64,000 nucleotides of DNA from an uncultured Thermoplasmata archaeon (GTDB lineage: Archaea; Thermoplasmatota; Thermoplasmata; Lutacidiplasmatales; UBA184). Below the pieces are notes generated by a model. It was not told the origin of the DNA, ran no database searches, and saw only the letters and a list, made by a program, of their open reading frames with translations. Shown here piece after piece: positions 27,295 to 37,387 of this stretch. The stretch's first letter is position 1. The number at the start of each line of letters is the position of its first letter. The stretch is from positions 692,737 to 756,736 of the forward strand of contig CAVOMG010000001.1 in the NCBI GenBank assembly GCA_963696985.1, in the 5' to 3' direction. The position numbers and the translations under genes were made by a program.

Positions 27295-28140
27295 ATGAAC
27301 AGTTCGATCCCCGCACCGGCGGCCACCGGATCACCCCCGCCGGCCGTCACCAAGACCCTCAAGGAAGGCGGGACGATCGAACCGGTCCGGGAGATCCTCT
27401 GGGGCACCTCGGCCGGGGTCCGCAAGCTCGAGACCGCCGAGGAACTTCCGCCGGACATGCGCAAGCTCGTCATCAAGCTCATGGTCGTCCAGGCGGACAC
27501 GGAGTTCGCCTCGATCCAGCAGCACCGACCGTGGCTCGACCTCGCCCCCACGCTCGAGGACCGGTGGATCGAGGCCCGCATCGTCGCCGACGAGGCCCGC
27601 CACGGGCTGCAGGCGTGCCGGATCCTACGCGACTTCGGGGAGGAGGGCCAGGGCTACATCGACGAGCTCCTGAAGAAGCGCGAAGGAGAGCACAAGCTCG
27701 AGGCGTTCAACATGAAGTTCGACCGGTGGTCGGACGCCGGAGCGTTCTGCTGCTTCGTCGACCGCGTCGGGGTCTACCAGTTGCGCGCGTTCCAGGAGTG
27801 CTCCTACGGACCGCTCGCGCGCGCGATGCCGCTCATGCTCTCCGAGGAGCAGCTCCACTTGAACTTCGGCTTGAGCGTCCTCAAGCGGATCGCCAAGGAC
27901 GAGGGGAAGTACTACGGGACGCGGGCCGAGGCCCAGGCGGCGATCCAGAAGTGGTACCCCCGCGCCCTCGATATGTTCGGCCACTCCAACTCCGAGACGA
28001 GCCGGCGCGCGATCGAGATGGGCCTTAAACGCTGGACGAACGAGGAGGCCCGGGCGCGCTACGTCGAGGAGGTGACCCCCCTCGTGAAGGCGATGGGGCT
28101 CACCCTCCCGCCCCCGGAGTTCGACCGGCACATCCTCTAA
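27295..28140 (+). CDS. PaaA/PaaC-family ferritin-like di-iron oxygenase subunit homologue (phenylacetyl-CoA epoxidase-like)
   Basis: Ferritin-like four-helix pattern with EFA...Q and DEARH di-iron ligand motifs (VQADTEFASIQQH; IVADEARHG; SEEQLH). Confidence 0.65.
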   Translation: MNSSIPAPAATGSPPPAVTKTLKEGGTIEPVREILWGTSAGVRKLETAEELPPDMRKLVIKLMVVQADTEFASIQQHRPWLDLAPTLEDRWIEARIVADEARHGLQACRILRDFGEEGQGYIDELLKKREGEHKLEAFNMKFDRWSDAGAFCCFVDRVGVYQLRAFQECSYGPLARAMPLMLSEEQLHLNFGLSVLKRIAKDEGKYYGTRAEAQAAIQKWYPRALDMFGHSNSETSRRAIEMGLKRWTNEEARARYVEEVTPLVKAMGLTLPPPEFDRHIL

Positions 28141-28184
28141 GGGGGTCGAAGCGCCCGTCCCCCGGACGCTCGGAAGCTCCTCGG

Positions 28185-28688
28185 ATGACGCGCGGGCCCC
28201 TCCACCACGTCTCCCTCGAGATCTCCGACGTCGTCCGCGCCCAGTTCTTCTACGACCGATTCCTCCTGCCGCTCGGCTTCAAGCGGTTCGTCGCTTCGGA
28301 CGCCTATCTCGGCTACACCGACGGCGGCATGACCCTCTGGCTCCTCAAGAGCCCGAAGCCCCGCATCCACCGGCATCCGCCGAGCGGGGACGAGGAGGTG
28401 ATCGCCGAGCACCTCGCCTTCCGGGTCCCCTCGGCGGGGTCGGTCCGCGAGCGCGAGAAGGCGCTCGCCCAGGCGGAGATCTATCCGATCTTCCCCGGCG
28501 AGGAGCATCCGGAGTTCCGGGCGGGCTACTTCTCGGCCGTCTGGGTCGACCCCGACGGGATCGTGCTCGAGCTCTACGCCGTCGAAGGGAAGGGCGGCGG
28601 CCCGCACCGCCGTTCGGCCCGCTCGGGCCGCGCCCGGGCTAAGCGCGCCCGCCGACCGGCCGCCCGCCGGGGCCGGGCCGCACGTTGA
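28185..28688 (+). CDS. VOC (glyoxalase/bleomycin-resistance/dioxygenase) family protein
   Basis: LHHVSLEISDV...FYDRFLLPLGF ... EHLAFRV ... DPDGIVLELY pattern. The basic C-terminal tail overlaps the convergent gene and may be shorter in reality. Confidence 0.65.
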   Translation: MTRGPLHHVSLEISDVVRAQFFYDRFLLPLGFKRFVASDAYLGYTDGGMTLWLLKSPKPRIHRHPPSGDEEVIAEHLAFRVPSAGSVREREKALAQAEIYPIFPGEEHPEFRAGYFSAVWVDPDGIVLELYAVEGKGGGPHRRSARSGRARAKRARRPAARRGRAAR

Positions 28689-29655
28689 GCCACCGCTCGA
28701 CCCCGCCGATTCGGTCGAGCCGCCTCCGCAATCGGGGGAGCTCCCCTTTGAGGGTGAAGACATGGACATGGGCGCCGGCGTCGTGGGTGTAGGCGGCGAT
28801 CGGGCGCCCGGCGGCCTCGTTCGCGTCCCGGACCGCGTCGAGGATCACGCGGGACGTTCGAGTCAGGTAGTCGAGCGGAGGGTCGGTCGTCTCGCAGACC
28901 GAACGGAAGCTATCGCACTCTTCGATCGTCGTCGCGAATAGGGTCTCCGCGTCCCGGTCCCGGATCGCTCGCTTGAGCCGGGCGATCCGCCCGGGGACCT
29001 CGGCGATCCGTCGGGCGTATCCGGGGCTCGTCCGGACGCTCGATTGCATCGCGATCGAGGAGCGGATCGCCTTCACGGGGGCTCCCCGTACGATCGCGAC
29101 CCGGTCCACGAGCTCGGGCCAGTGCCCCTCCGAGGCGACCGGCGAAGCGTAGCAGTCTTGGCCGTCCGCCCGACTCCCGGCCCGCCATTCGACGAACCCA
29201 CCAAAGACCGAGCGCGAGGCGCTCCCCGAGCCCAGCCGGGCGAGTTGAGAGAGCCGTCGCCCCGAGAGGTCGAGGCCGGCGGCGAGCGAGGCGGCACCCG
29301 CGAGGGCGGCGAAGCCGCTCGCGCTGCTCGCGAGCCCGCTCGCGGTGGGGAAGTTGTTCGAGGAGACCACTTGGGCGCCGACGGTAATACCGGCTTCGGA
29401 GCGGACGCGGTCGAGGAAACGCCGCACATCCGAAAGCGGCCCGCCCGACGCTGCGGCGCCGTTGAGCGTGAACCCGTCCTCCGAGCGGCCCTCCTCGAAA
29501 GCCACGGTCGTCCGGGTGCGGAATCGGCCGAGCGTGACCGAGAGGGAACTATTGTTCGGAAGGACCCGTTCAGGGTCCCGGACCCCCCAGTACTTCACGA
29601 GGGCGATGTTCGGCCCGGCCTCGTAGGTCGCCCGGCCGCATCGCCCTCGGACCAT
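28639..29655 (-). CDS. diphosphomevalonate decarboxylase family (GHMP kinase fold) mevalonate-pathway decarboxylase homologue
   Basis: NIALVKYWG, SSNNFPTASGLASSASGFAAL, LARLGSGSASRS. The exact substrate (MVAPP, MVAP or mevalonate-3,5-bisphosphate) cannot be decided from sequence by eye. Confidence 0.85.
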   Translation of the reverse strand: MVRGRCGRATYEAGPNIALVKYWGVRDPERVLPNNSSLSVTLGRFRTRTTVAFEEGRSEDGFTLNGAAASGGPLSDVRRFLDRVRSEAGITVGAQVVSSNNFPTASGLASSASGFAALAGAASLAAGLDLSGRRLSQLARLGSGSASRSVFGGFVEWRAGSRADGQDCYASPVASEGHWPELVDRVAIVRGAPVKAIRSSIAMQSSVRTSPGYARRIAEVPGRIARLKRAIRDRDAETLFATTIEECDSFRSVCETTDPPLDYLTRTSRVILDAVRDANEAAGRPIAAYTHDAGAHVHVFTLKGELPRLRRRLDRIGGVERWLNVRPGPGGRPVGGRA

Positions 29656-29716
29656 CGGTGCCCCGGCCGGGACGGCGAGGGCGAGTACTTATCCGACACG
29701 GGCGGTCCCCGACGTC

Positions 29717-30229
29717 ATGGCGCCCGGAACGGAGTCCATCGGCCCGAAGCCGGTCAAGGTGCCGAGCGGCTGGGCGGACCGGCTCGGCGGCTTCCACCAG
29801 GAGGTCGGCTTCCACGTCGATCCGGCCGAGACCCGCGAGGGCCGATGCGTCGTCGGCGGCAAGGTCGAGGCGCGCCACCTGAACATCAACGGGGTCGTCC
29901 ACGGAGGCGTCTACGCGACGATCCTCGACACCGCGATGGGCGGCGCCGTGGTGACGATGCTCGACGAGGACGAGACCACGGCCACGACCTCGCTCTACGT
30001 CGAGTTCCTCCGCCCCGCCCGGGAGGGCCAGGTCCTCCGGGCGCGCGGCGAGGTCGTGCGGAGGGGCCGGCACCTCGCGTTCGTCGAGGGGGACCTCTTC
30101 GACGGCGACGGGACCCGGCTCAGTCAGGCCCACGGGACGTGGTACATCTGGTCGTCGAGCGACCCCACGTGGCGGAAGGAGCACTCCGCGGGATCCGGTC
30201 AGCCGACGGCCCGCCGGAGCCGCTCGTAG
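29717..30229 (+). CDS. PaaI/hotdog-fold acyl-CoA thioesterase
   Basis: NINGVVHGGVYATILDTAMG ... hotdog-fold pattern, about 140-aa core. Confidence 0.75.
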   Translation: MAPGTESIGPKPVKVPSGWADRLGGFHQEVGFHVDPAETREGRCVVGGKVEARHLNINGVVHGGVYATILDTAMGGAVVTMLDEDETTATTSLYVEFLRPAREGQVLRARGEVVRRGRHLAFVEGDLFDGDGTRLSQAHGTWYIWSSSDPTWRKEHSAGSGQPTARRSRS

Positions 30230-32638
30230 AGGTCGAGCAGCGCGAGCCCTTTGCTCGCCCCGCGGTCCCCTTCCTTGAACGGCCGGTCGGCGAGCTCCTC
30301 GCGGACCTCCGCCGTTCGGCCGAGGCCGACGAACGGCAGGCAGTGCTGGAGGCTCTCCCCGATCACCGCGGTCCCCTTGTAGTCGTCTTCGACGCGGTGA
30401 AGGTTCTCGCGCATCCACTCCCAGGTGACGGACCGGCCCGCCGGGTTCAGGGCGGCCTCGCGAAGGACGTTCGGGAGGTGGGCCCGGTTGAAGACCGGAG
30501 TGAGGGCGAGGTCGAGCGCCCGGGACACGAGCGCCGGATCGGGGAAGCGGGCGAGCGCCCGCTCGAACCGCAGCGACTCCCCCTCGATCTTGGACGCCGC
30601 CAGGGCGCTAAGGAGTTTCTCGAACTCCTCTTCGCCCCCCGTCCCGGCGTAGGCGAACGCGACGGGCCACCGAAGGTCGGGCGCGACATCCGAGTACCGG
30701 GGGAACCGGTTCGCGAGCTCGCTCTGGAGCTCCTGGTCGAACGGGGTGGCGGCGGTCGCCACCATGCCTCGCACCACCGGTTCGAGCTCGCCCTCTCGAG
30801 GCCGAGCGACGAGGCCCAGCCGGCGGATCTGAGCGGTGAGGAAGGGCGCGGCGTGCACTCGGAACGGCTCCCGGTCGCCGAGCAGCGCGCCGAAGACGAG
30901 CAGGGAGCGCCCGGGGCTCGTGGAAGCGAGCCGGGCCGAGAGCTCGTAGGCGACCGTCGGATCGGATTCGGTCCGCCCGGCGTCGAGGATCCGATAGGAC
31001 CCGTTCGGGCGGGTCATCCCCGGAGACGAGGAACGCCGCGGCGTCGTCGACGACCGCCCACCGTTCCTCGCCCGGAAGCTGGCTCCAGCCCGCCAGGAGG
31101 CGATCGAAGAGGGCGTCCTCGTAGCGGACCCGGTAGAATCCCGCGGCCCGGACGTTCAGCCTCGGGGGACCCCCCGGATCGGTTAGGATGTAGGTGCCGT
31201 CCTCGTCCCAGAGGATGCCGGCGCCGCCCGATCCGCTCGGCAGGGCGAGCGGGATCGGCCATCGCTCGCGCCGGTGCTGGCCGTCGAGCAGGAACCGCTT
31301 TTGGGTCAGGGCGAGCGTGCCCCCCTCCGCGCGGGCCGTGATCATCGGTAGGCCGGGTCGCAGGACCCACGCCTCAAGGACCGGCCGCAGGGATCGGCCG
31401 GCCCGCCCCTCGAGCGCGCTCCAGAGGTCGGCCGAGGTCGCGTTCCCGTAGGCGTGCTTGCGCAGGTAGTCCGTGACGCCGTTTCGGAAGGCGTCGGGGC
31501 CGATGTAGCTCTCGATCATCCGAAGGACCGCCGACCCCTTGCCGTAGCTGATCTCGTCGAAGATCTGCCCGATCTCCTCGGGCCGCTCCACCGGGACGCT
31601 CACCGGGTGGGTGGTCGCGAGCGAGTCGCCGGTCTTGGCGGGGCCGGTCCAATCGAGGAGGAGTTCGGCCAGGTGGCGACCCTCTGGGTAGAGTTGCTCG
31701 AGGACCTTCTCCTCGGTGAACGTCGCGAAGCTCTCGTTGAGCCAAATGTCGGTCCACCACTCCATCGTGACGAGGTTGCCGAACCATTGGTGGGCGATCT
31801 CGTGGGCGATGGTCGTCAGGGTGGCTCTCCGTTGGGAGATGCTCGTCGTGTCGTCGACGAGGAGGCGCATGTCTCGGAAGGTGATCGCCCCCCAGTTCTC
31901 CATCGCCCCGTAGGCGAACTCGGGGACGGCGATCAGGTCGAGCTTGGGGAGCGGGAACGGGATCTGGAAGTACGCCTCGAGGGCGGGAAGGATCTCGACG
32001 CCCCGTTCAACGGCGTACCGGGCCGAGGGGGCGCGCCCCGGGGGCGCGGCCCCCCGGATCGAGGGCCGTCCCGGGGGGCCCTCGAGCCATTCGAATTGGC
32101 CGACGCCGAGATAGAACAGGTAGGTCGCCATCGGGGGCGTCGGTTGGAACTCAATGGTCCGGCGACCGTCCGACTCGCTCGACTGGGCCGGCGGGGTGTT
32201 GAAGATCGCCTCAAGGGCGGCATCGATCGTAAGGCGCAGATGCACCACGGCCCTGCGGTCGGGCCGGTCGATGCACGGGAAGATGTTGCGGGTGGCGGTG
32301 GCGGCACACTGCGTCGTCAGGATGTAGCTCTCGCCGTAGCGCGATCGGTAGAGCCCGAGCAGGCCCTTCTCGGACGCCCGCCCCCGGAACCGGATCGTCC
32401 ATCGCGCGAGGGGTTCCCGCGCCTCGAAATCGATCTCCTCGGACTCCGGCCGTGGGGTCACCCGGGCCTCGGGTTCCGTCCCGGTGATCTCGATCCCCAC
32501 CGCGTTCAGCCGCAGGGTCGGGGTGGGCGACGCCAACGCGATCACGACCGAGCCGGTGAACCAGAGCGTCCGGTGGTTCACGTCGAGGTCCAGGAGGTAC
32601 TCTCGGACGACGGGGAAGGAGCTCGCGGACGCGTTCAT
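30199..32638 (-). CDS. M1-family zinc aminopeptidase (aminopeptidase N / tricorn-interacting-factor-like); frame broken at C4 run 31018-31021
   Basis: GAMENWG, HEIAHQWFGN-x18-WLNESFA. The N-terminal 540 aa are in ORF 30608..32638; after ...AAAFLVSG the sense continues in ORF 30199..31017 (MTRPNGSYRILDAGR...). Confidence 0.9.
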
Positions 32639-32726
32639 GTTCTTGGCCTCCGCATCGAGTGGGGAACCCCTTCCGCGACTCCGGGAGCGAGCTCCGCAAC
32701 TGACGCTACAGAGCGCGACCCTCCAA

Positions 32727-32736
32727 ACTTAAATAA
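32727..32736 (+). promoter_or_regulatory. TATA box of the 5S rRNA gene
   Basis: acttaaataa is centred ~26 nt upstream of the 5S 5' end, in a local AT-rich patch. Confidence 0.55.
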
Positions 32737-32757
32737 CGCCGGCTCCGTGGTCCGGTC

Positions 32758-32882
32758 GGCTGACGGCCAAAGTGGTGGGGAAACACCCGGTCCCATTCCG
32801 AACCCGGAAGTTAAGCCCACAGACGTTCCGCGCGGGTACCTGAAGTGCGCGAGCCTACGGGAACCGCGGAAAGCTGTCAGCC
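32758..32882 (+). rRNA. rrf: 5S ribosomal RNA (stand-alone, not linked to 16S/23S in this window)
   Basis: Terminal helix GGCTGACGG/GCTGTCAGCC. Conserved archaeal 5S cores are present: CCCATTCCGAACCCGGAAGTTAAGCCCAC and GTGCGCGAGCCTACGGGAA. Confidence 0.9.
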
Positions 32883-32949
32883 TCCCTTCCTGACGAGCCG
32901 ACCGGCTCACGACGGCATCCGTTAAATCCGAGCTCAGGTCGAAGCTCCC

Positions 32950-33876
32950 GTGTACCTCGGGGCCCACATCGGGATCGCGGGGGGCCTCGCGAAAGCCCCA
33001 GCCCTCGCCCGTTCCATCGGCGCCGAGACGATGCAGATCTTCAGCAAGAGCCCCCAGATGTGGGCCGGACCCCCGCTCGATCCCAGCTCGTGCGAGGGGT
33101 TCCGGAGGGCGCTCACCGCCGAGGGCATCCGGGCGACGGCGGTCCATCACGGATACCTCACGAACCTCGCCTCCCCGAAACCCCCGGGCCTCGCCCTCTC
33201 GCGTCGCGCTTTCCTCGACGAGCTAAGGCGGGCCGAGGCGATCGGGGTCGACGCTCTCATCGTGCACCCGGGCGCGCACCTCGGGAGTGGCGTCGCAGGG
33301 GCCGTGGTTCGCGTAGCCGAGAGCCTCAACGATGGGTTCGCGCAAACGCCGGGCTTCAAGGTCCGCGTCCTCCTCGAGAACATGGCCGGCCAGGGCTCGA
33401 CCTTGGGCGCCCAGTTCACGGAGCTCGCCCAGATCCGGGACGGCGTCTCGGAGCGCGGCCGGGTCGGTGTCGCCCTCGACACCTGCCACCTCTTCGCCGC
33501 CGGGCACGATTTCCGGTCCGCGGAGAGGTACGCCGCGCTCATGGACCAGATCGACCACGACCTCGGCCTCGAGCACGTCGGGGCGTTCCATCTCAACGAC
33601 GCGAAGGGTCCGCTCGCGTCCCACCGTGACCGCCACGAGAACATCGGGAAAGGGGAGATCGGGCTCGAGGGGTTCCGCCACTTCGTGAGCGATCCGCGAT
33701 GGCGGGAGCGTCCCGGTTACCTCGAGACCCCGCTCTCCGACGACGATTACGGGGCCTACCGTACCGATCTCGCCACGTTGCGATCGCTGGAGACGCCCCT
33801 CCCGACCGCCACCCGCGGACGGCCCCGTTCTCCCCGCCCCGCCCACTCAAGATCTCCAGGGAGCCGCCCAGGATGA
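32950..33876 (+). CDS. nfo: endonuclease IV (AP endonuclease, TIM-barrel)
   Basis: GAHIGIAGG, HHGYLTNLAS, IVHPGAH, LLENMAGQG, LDTCHLFAAG, FHLNDAK, RHENIGKGEIG. GTG start. Confidence 0.9.
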   Translation: MYLGAHIGIAGGLAKAPALARSIGAETMQIFSKSPQMWAGPPLDPSSCEGFRRALTAEGIRATAVHHGYLTNLASPKPPGLALSRRAFLDELRRAEAIGVDALIVHPGAHLGSGVAGAVVRVAESLNDGFAQTPGFKVRVLLENMAGQGSTLGAQFTELAQIRDGVSERGRVGVALDTCHLFAAGHDFRSAERYAALMDQIDHDLGLEHVGAFHLNDAKGPLASHRDRHENIGKGEIGLEGFRHFVSDPRWRERPGYLETPLSDDDYGAYRTDLATLRSLETPLPTATRGRPRSPRPAHSRSPGSRPG

Positions 33877-34823
33877 GCGCGGCACCGACCCTCGGCCAGC
33901 GGGAGCGGCTCGACAGCGTCCTGCTCGAGCTCGGTCGGTCCGACCCGGGGCTCACGGTCCTCGACGCGGACTTCGGCCGGCCCTCCCGGGAGACCCCGTT
34001 CTCCCGGACGTTTCCCGATCGTTTCGAGGACGTCTCGGTCTCCGACCCCGCCACGGCTCGGACCTCGGCCCGTCGGGCGGCCGAGGGTCGCACGGTGGTC
34101 GCCTGGGGGCTCGCCACGCTGATCGCCGGTCAGGGCTACCTCGAGATCCGCGAGTCGATCTGCCGGCCCCGCGCCCGAGTGCGGTTCCTCTCCGACCCCA
34201 TGACGCCGTGGCCGACACCGGCCGGACCGTCCGAACCGATGGTCGAAGATCTCGGTCTCCTGCGGGGTCTTCCGGGGATGACCGTCCTGTGCCCAGCCGA
34301 CCCCGCGAGCGCGGCTTCGGCGCTCCGGGCGGTCGCGGCGCTCGATGGTCCGGCGTACGTCCGGCTCGTTCGGGAGGATGCTGGGAGCATCACCGACGGC
34401 GTGGTGGAGATCGGCCGGGCGCGCGAGCTCCGTCCGGGCGCCGACCTCACCGTCGGAGCCATCGGGGGGGCGGTCGCTCGAGCCCTCGAGACCTCCGACG
34501 CGTTGGCCCGCGTCGGGGTCGGCGCGCGCGTCCTCGACCTCGCTTCGGTCAAGCCCCTCGATGTGAAGGCGGTCTTGCGGGCCGCCCGCGAGACCGGAGC
34601 GATCCTGACCCTCGAGGAGCATTCGGCCATGACCGGGCTCGGTAGCCTTGTGGCGGCGTGCACTTCGGAGGAGTACCCGGTGCCGGTCCGGCGGATCGGG
34701 GCGGCCGATCTCTTTCCCGGGGCCGGATCGGCCCCGGACCACGACGACCCGTACGGTTTGGCGCTCGACCACTGCCTCGAAGAGGCCTACGAGCTACTCC
34801 GGGCACGGGGCAAGGTTCAGTAG
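33873..34823 (+). CDS. transketolase C-terminal-subunit-like protein (Pyr + C-terminal domains), divergent
   Basis: LTVLDADFGRPSRETPFSRTFPDRF, MTVLCPADPASAASALRA, GPAYVRL, LDLASVKPLD, ILTLEEHS. ATG 33873 overlaps the nfo stop (ATGA). No TPP-binding N-terminal subunit gene is adjacent. Confidence 0.7.
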   Translation: MSAAPTLGQRERLDSVLLELGRSDPGLTVLDADFGRPSRETPFSRTFPDRFEDVSVSDPATARTSARRAAEGRTVVAWGLATLIAGQGYLEIRESICRPRARVRFLSDPMTPWPTPAGPSEPMVEDLGLLRGLPGMTVLCPADPASAASALRAVAALDGPAYVRLVREDAGSITDGVVEIGRARELRPGADLTVGAIGGAVARALETSDALARVGVGARVLDLASVKPLDVKAVLRAARETGAILTLEEHSAMTGLGSLVAACTSEEYPVPVRRIGAADLFPGAGSAPDHDDPYGLALDHCLEEAYELLRARGKVQ

Positions 34824-34853
34824 GGCGAGGGGCTCGGGGGGAGCGAGGGCCAA

Positions 34854-35501
34854 ATGAAGCTATTCCTCGACACCGCGAGCCTGACCGACATCCGAACGAT
34901 GTGGGAGGTGGGGATCCTCGACGGGGTCACCACCAATCCGAGCCTGGTCGCCAAGGAGGGTCGACCGTTCGAGACGATCATCCGGGAGATCTGCGCGCTC
35001 GGCGTCCCTTCGGTCTCCGCCGAGGTCGTCGGCACGACCGTCGAGCAGATGCTCGCCGAGGGTCGCCACCTCCGCGCGATCCATCCGTCGATCTACGTGA
35101 AGTGTCCGATGACGGTGGCCGGTCTCCAGGCGACGAAGCAGCTCGCCTCGGAGGGGACCCGGGTCAACATGACCCTCGTCTTCAGCGCCAACCAGGCGCT
35201 CTTGGCCGCGAAGGTCGGCGCCGCCTACGTGAGCCCGTTCATCGGCCGGCTCGACGACCAGAGCGAGAACGGCCTCGAGCTCGTCGAGGACATCGTGAAG
35301 ATCTACCGGAACTACCAGTTCAAGACCGAGATCCTGGTGGCGAGCGTGCGGCACCCGGTCCACGTTCTCGAGGCCGCGAAGATGGGGGCGGACATCTGCA
35401 CGATGCCGATGGCGGTGATGGAGAAGCTCCCGCAGCACCCGCTCACCGACATCGGGCTCGCCCGATTCCTCAAGGACTGGGAGAAGGTTCCGAAGGGGTG
35501 A
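34854..35501 (+). CDS. tal: transaldolase / fructose-6-phosphate aldolase (short, TalC/Fsa type)
   Basis: [23 protein letters not shown] (Schiff-base Lys), [18 protein letters not shown]. Confidence 0.9.
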   Translation: MKLFLDTASLTDIRTMWEVGILDGVTTNPSLVAKEGRPFETIIREICALGVPSVSAEVVGTTVEQMLAEGRHLRAIHPSIYVKCPMTVAGLQATKQLASEGTRVNMTLVFSANQALLAAKVGAAYVSPFIGRLDDQSENGLELVEDIVKIYRNYQFKTEILVASVRHPVHVLEAAKMGADICTMPMAVMEKLPQHPLTDIGLARFLKDWEKVPKG

Positions 35502-35553
35502 CGCCCCAACCCGTCCAGGTGGCCCCCCTCGGGCGACCGCCAGGGGTGCTCGC

Positions 35554-35844
35554 GTGAGCGATCCCGCCGAACCGCTCGTGGAGCGCTACCTTCGCCTCAC
35601 GACCGAGGCGCTCGAGAAGGTCCGAACCGTCCCGCCGGCGCGCTCTTTCTTGATCGGGGCCGCCGAGGACTTCGTCGGGATGGCCCGTTCCTACCTCGCC
35701 GATGCCCGCCACTTCCGGGCTCAGGGGGACACCGATCGCGCGCTCGCTGCGGCGAGCTACGCCCACGCCTGGCTCGACGCGGGCGTCCGGCTCGGGCTGC
35801 TCGATGGAGGGGAGGACGACGTCCACTTCACACCGTTCCGCTGA
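35554..35844 (+). CDS. DUF357-family archaeal protein
   Basis: 96 aa. ...YLADARHFRAQGDTDRALAAASYAHAWLDAGVRLGLL matches the DUF357 pattern from memory. Confidence 0.6.
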   Translation: MSDPAEPLVERYLRLTTEALEKVRTVPPARSFLIGAAEDFVGMARSYLADARHFRAQGDTDRALAAASYAHAWLDAGVRLGLLDGGEDDVHFTPFR

Positions 35845-35845
35845 T

Positions 35846-36476
35846 CGGGTCCGGTCGGCCCCGCTCCTCCCCGAGCCGACCGTCCGCTCGATCGAAGCCC
35901 ACCTTCGGCGTCGAGAGCGCCGTCGGGACGACCTCCATGATTCGAGCCGCCGGCTGCGCCGGACGGCCCAGGGGATCATGGCCCGGATCCACGAACAACG
36001 GCCGGTGGCGGCGGAGCTCTCGCGGCTCAAGCGGGATGCCCGGGCCCTCGCCCGAAGGATCCGGGGCGAAGGCGGATCGGACCGAGGGCTGGCGCACGAT
36101 GCGCTCCAGGAGAGCGTCGAGGCGATCCTTCTCGACTGCGTCGTCCGGGGGAGGACGTTCCCCTCCCCCCGGGCTTTGGGCATCGAACCCGAGGAGTACC
36201 CTGAGCGGAGTGGGGGACCTCGTCGGGGAACTGCGAAGGCTCGCGCTCGCGTCCCTCTCGGAGGGGGACGTCGGCGGGGGCCGGGTCCGGGTCCGCGAGA
36301 TGGAGGAGCTCTTCCGCACGCTTTTGAGGTTCGAGGGCCCTCGCGCGATCATCTCGCTGAAACCGAAGCAGGACTCCGCCCGGTCCCTCGTCGAGAAGAC
36401 CCGGGGCGACGTGGCGCTCGCGGAGGTGCTCCATCGGGCGGGCGCCGGTCGAGCGGCCTCGGAGGGGCGGGCGTGA
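35846..36476 (+). CDS. translin-family protein; start unresolved and frame broken at CCC 36199-36201
   Basis: SIEAHLRRRERRRDDLHDSSRRLRRTAQGIMARIH... is in the frame of ORF 35702. After ...GIEPEEY the hallmark LSGVGDLVGELRR... continues in the frame of ORF 35937..36476. No canonical start codon lies between 35845 and ATG 35978, so the 5' boundary is approximate. Confidence 0.55.
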
Positions 36477-37264
36477 CGGAGCCGCCCCGGAAGATCGGGG
36501 TCATCGGGGGATCGGGAATCTCGGAACTCTTCGAAGGCAGCGGGATCCGGCGCCATCGGGTCGCGACGCCCTGGGGCCCGCCCTCTGCCGAGGTGGAGTC
36601 GGGTACGATCTCGGGGGTCGAGGTGCTCTTCTTGCCCCGGCACGGTCCGGGTCACTCGATCCCGCCGCACCGGGTGAACTACCGGGCGAACGTCGATGCC
36701 CTCCGGTCCCTCGGGGCCGAGACGATCGTGACCGTGAGCAGCGTTGGTTCCCTCCGGGAGGACCTGCCTCCGGGGACGTTCGTCCTTCCCGACCAGTTCA
36801 TCGACCTTACGAAGCAGCGCCCAACGACCTTCTACGATGGGGGGCAGGTCTTCCATGTCTCCCTCGCCGACCCGTTCTGCCCCCGCCTCCTCCAAGCGGC
36901 GGCCGAAGCGGGCCGCCGAACGGGGAACCCGTTCGCGGAAACCCGTCGGTACGTATGCATCGAGGGACCGAGGTTCTCGACGCGAGCGGAGTCGCGCTGG
37001 TATCGCACGTTCGCCGACGTCATCGGCATGACCCTCGTCCCCGAGGTCACCCTCGCCCGGGAGCGCGCGCTCTGCTACGTCTGCCTCGCCATGGTCACCG
37101 ATTTCGACGCCTGGTCGGAGGGGGCCGTGGTGGCCCACGAGATCACCCAGACGATGCTCAAGAACGTGGGCCGGATGCGTAAGGTGCTCGCCGAGCTCCT
37201 TCCCTCGATCATCGGCCCGCGCACCTGTCCCTGCCCCTCGGCGCTCGAACACGCCGCCCTCTGA
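36473..37264 (+). CDS. mtnP: S-methyl-5'-thioadenosine phosphorylase
   Basis: IGVIGGSG, LPRHG.GH.IPPH.VNYRAN, CIEGPRFSTRAES, DVIGMTLVPE, MVTDFD. GTG 36473 overlaps the upstream stop (GTGA). Confidence 0.9.
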   Translation: MTEPPRKIGVIGGSGISELFEGSGIRRHRVATPWGPPSAEVESGTISGVEVLFLPRHGPGHSIPPHRVNYRANVDALRSLGAETIVTVSSVGSLREDLPPGTFVLPDQFIDLTKQRPTTFYDGGQVFHVSLADPFCPRLLQAAAEAGRRTGNPFAETRRYVCIEGPRFSTRAESRWYRTFADVIGMTLVPEVTLARERALCYVCLAMVTDFDAWSEGAVVAHEITQTMLKNVGRMRKVLAELLPSIIGPRTCPCPSALEHAAL

Positions 37265-37342
37265 CCGGGCGGAACCCGATCGGAACGCCCCCTCGAAGGT
37301 CATCGTCGGTACCGTCCCCCCCCGCCGAAGTTGGATGCCACT

Positions 37343-37368
37343 AAAAATTAGGGTATACCATATATATT
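37343..37368 (+). promoter_or_regulatory. AT-rich promoter with perfect palindrome GGTATACC abutting a TATA-like box (candidate metalloregulator operator)
   Basis: ctaaaaattagGGTATACCatatatatt. The tatatatt element ends ~20 nt before ATG 37388 (a leaderless arrangement). This is the only strongly AT-rich patch in the region. Confidence 0.5.
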
Positions 37369-37387
37369 CACGGGGGATCGTTCCACC

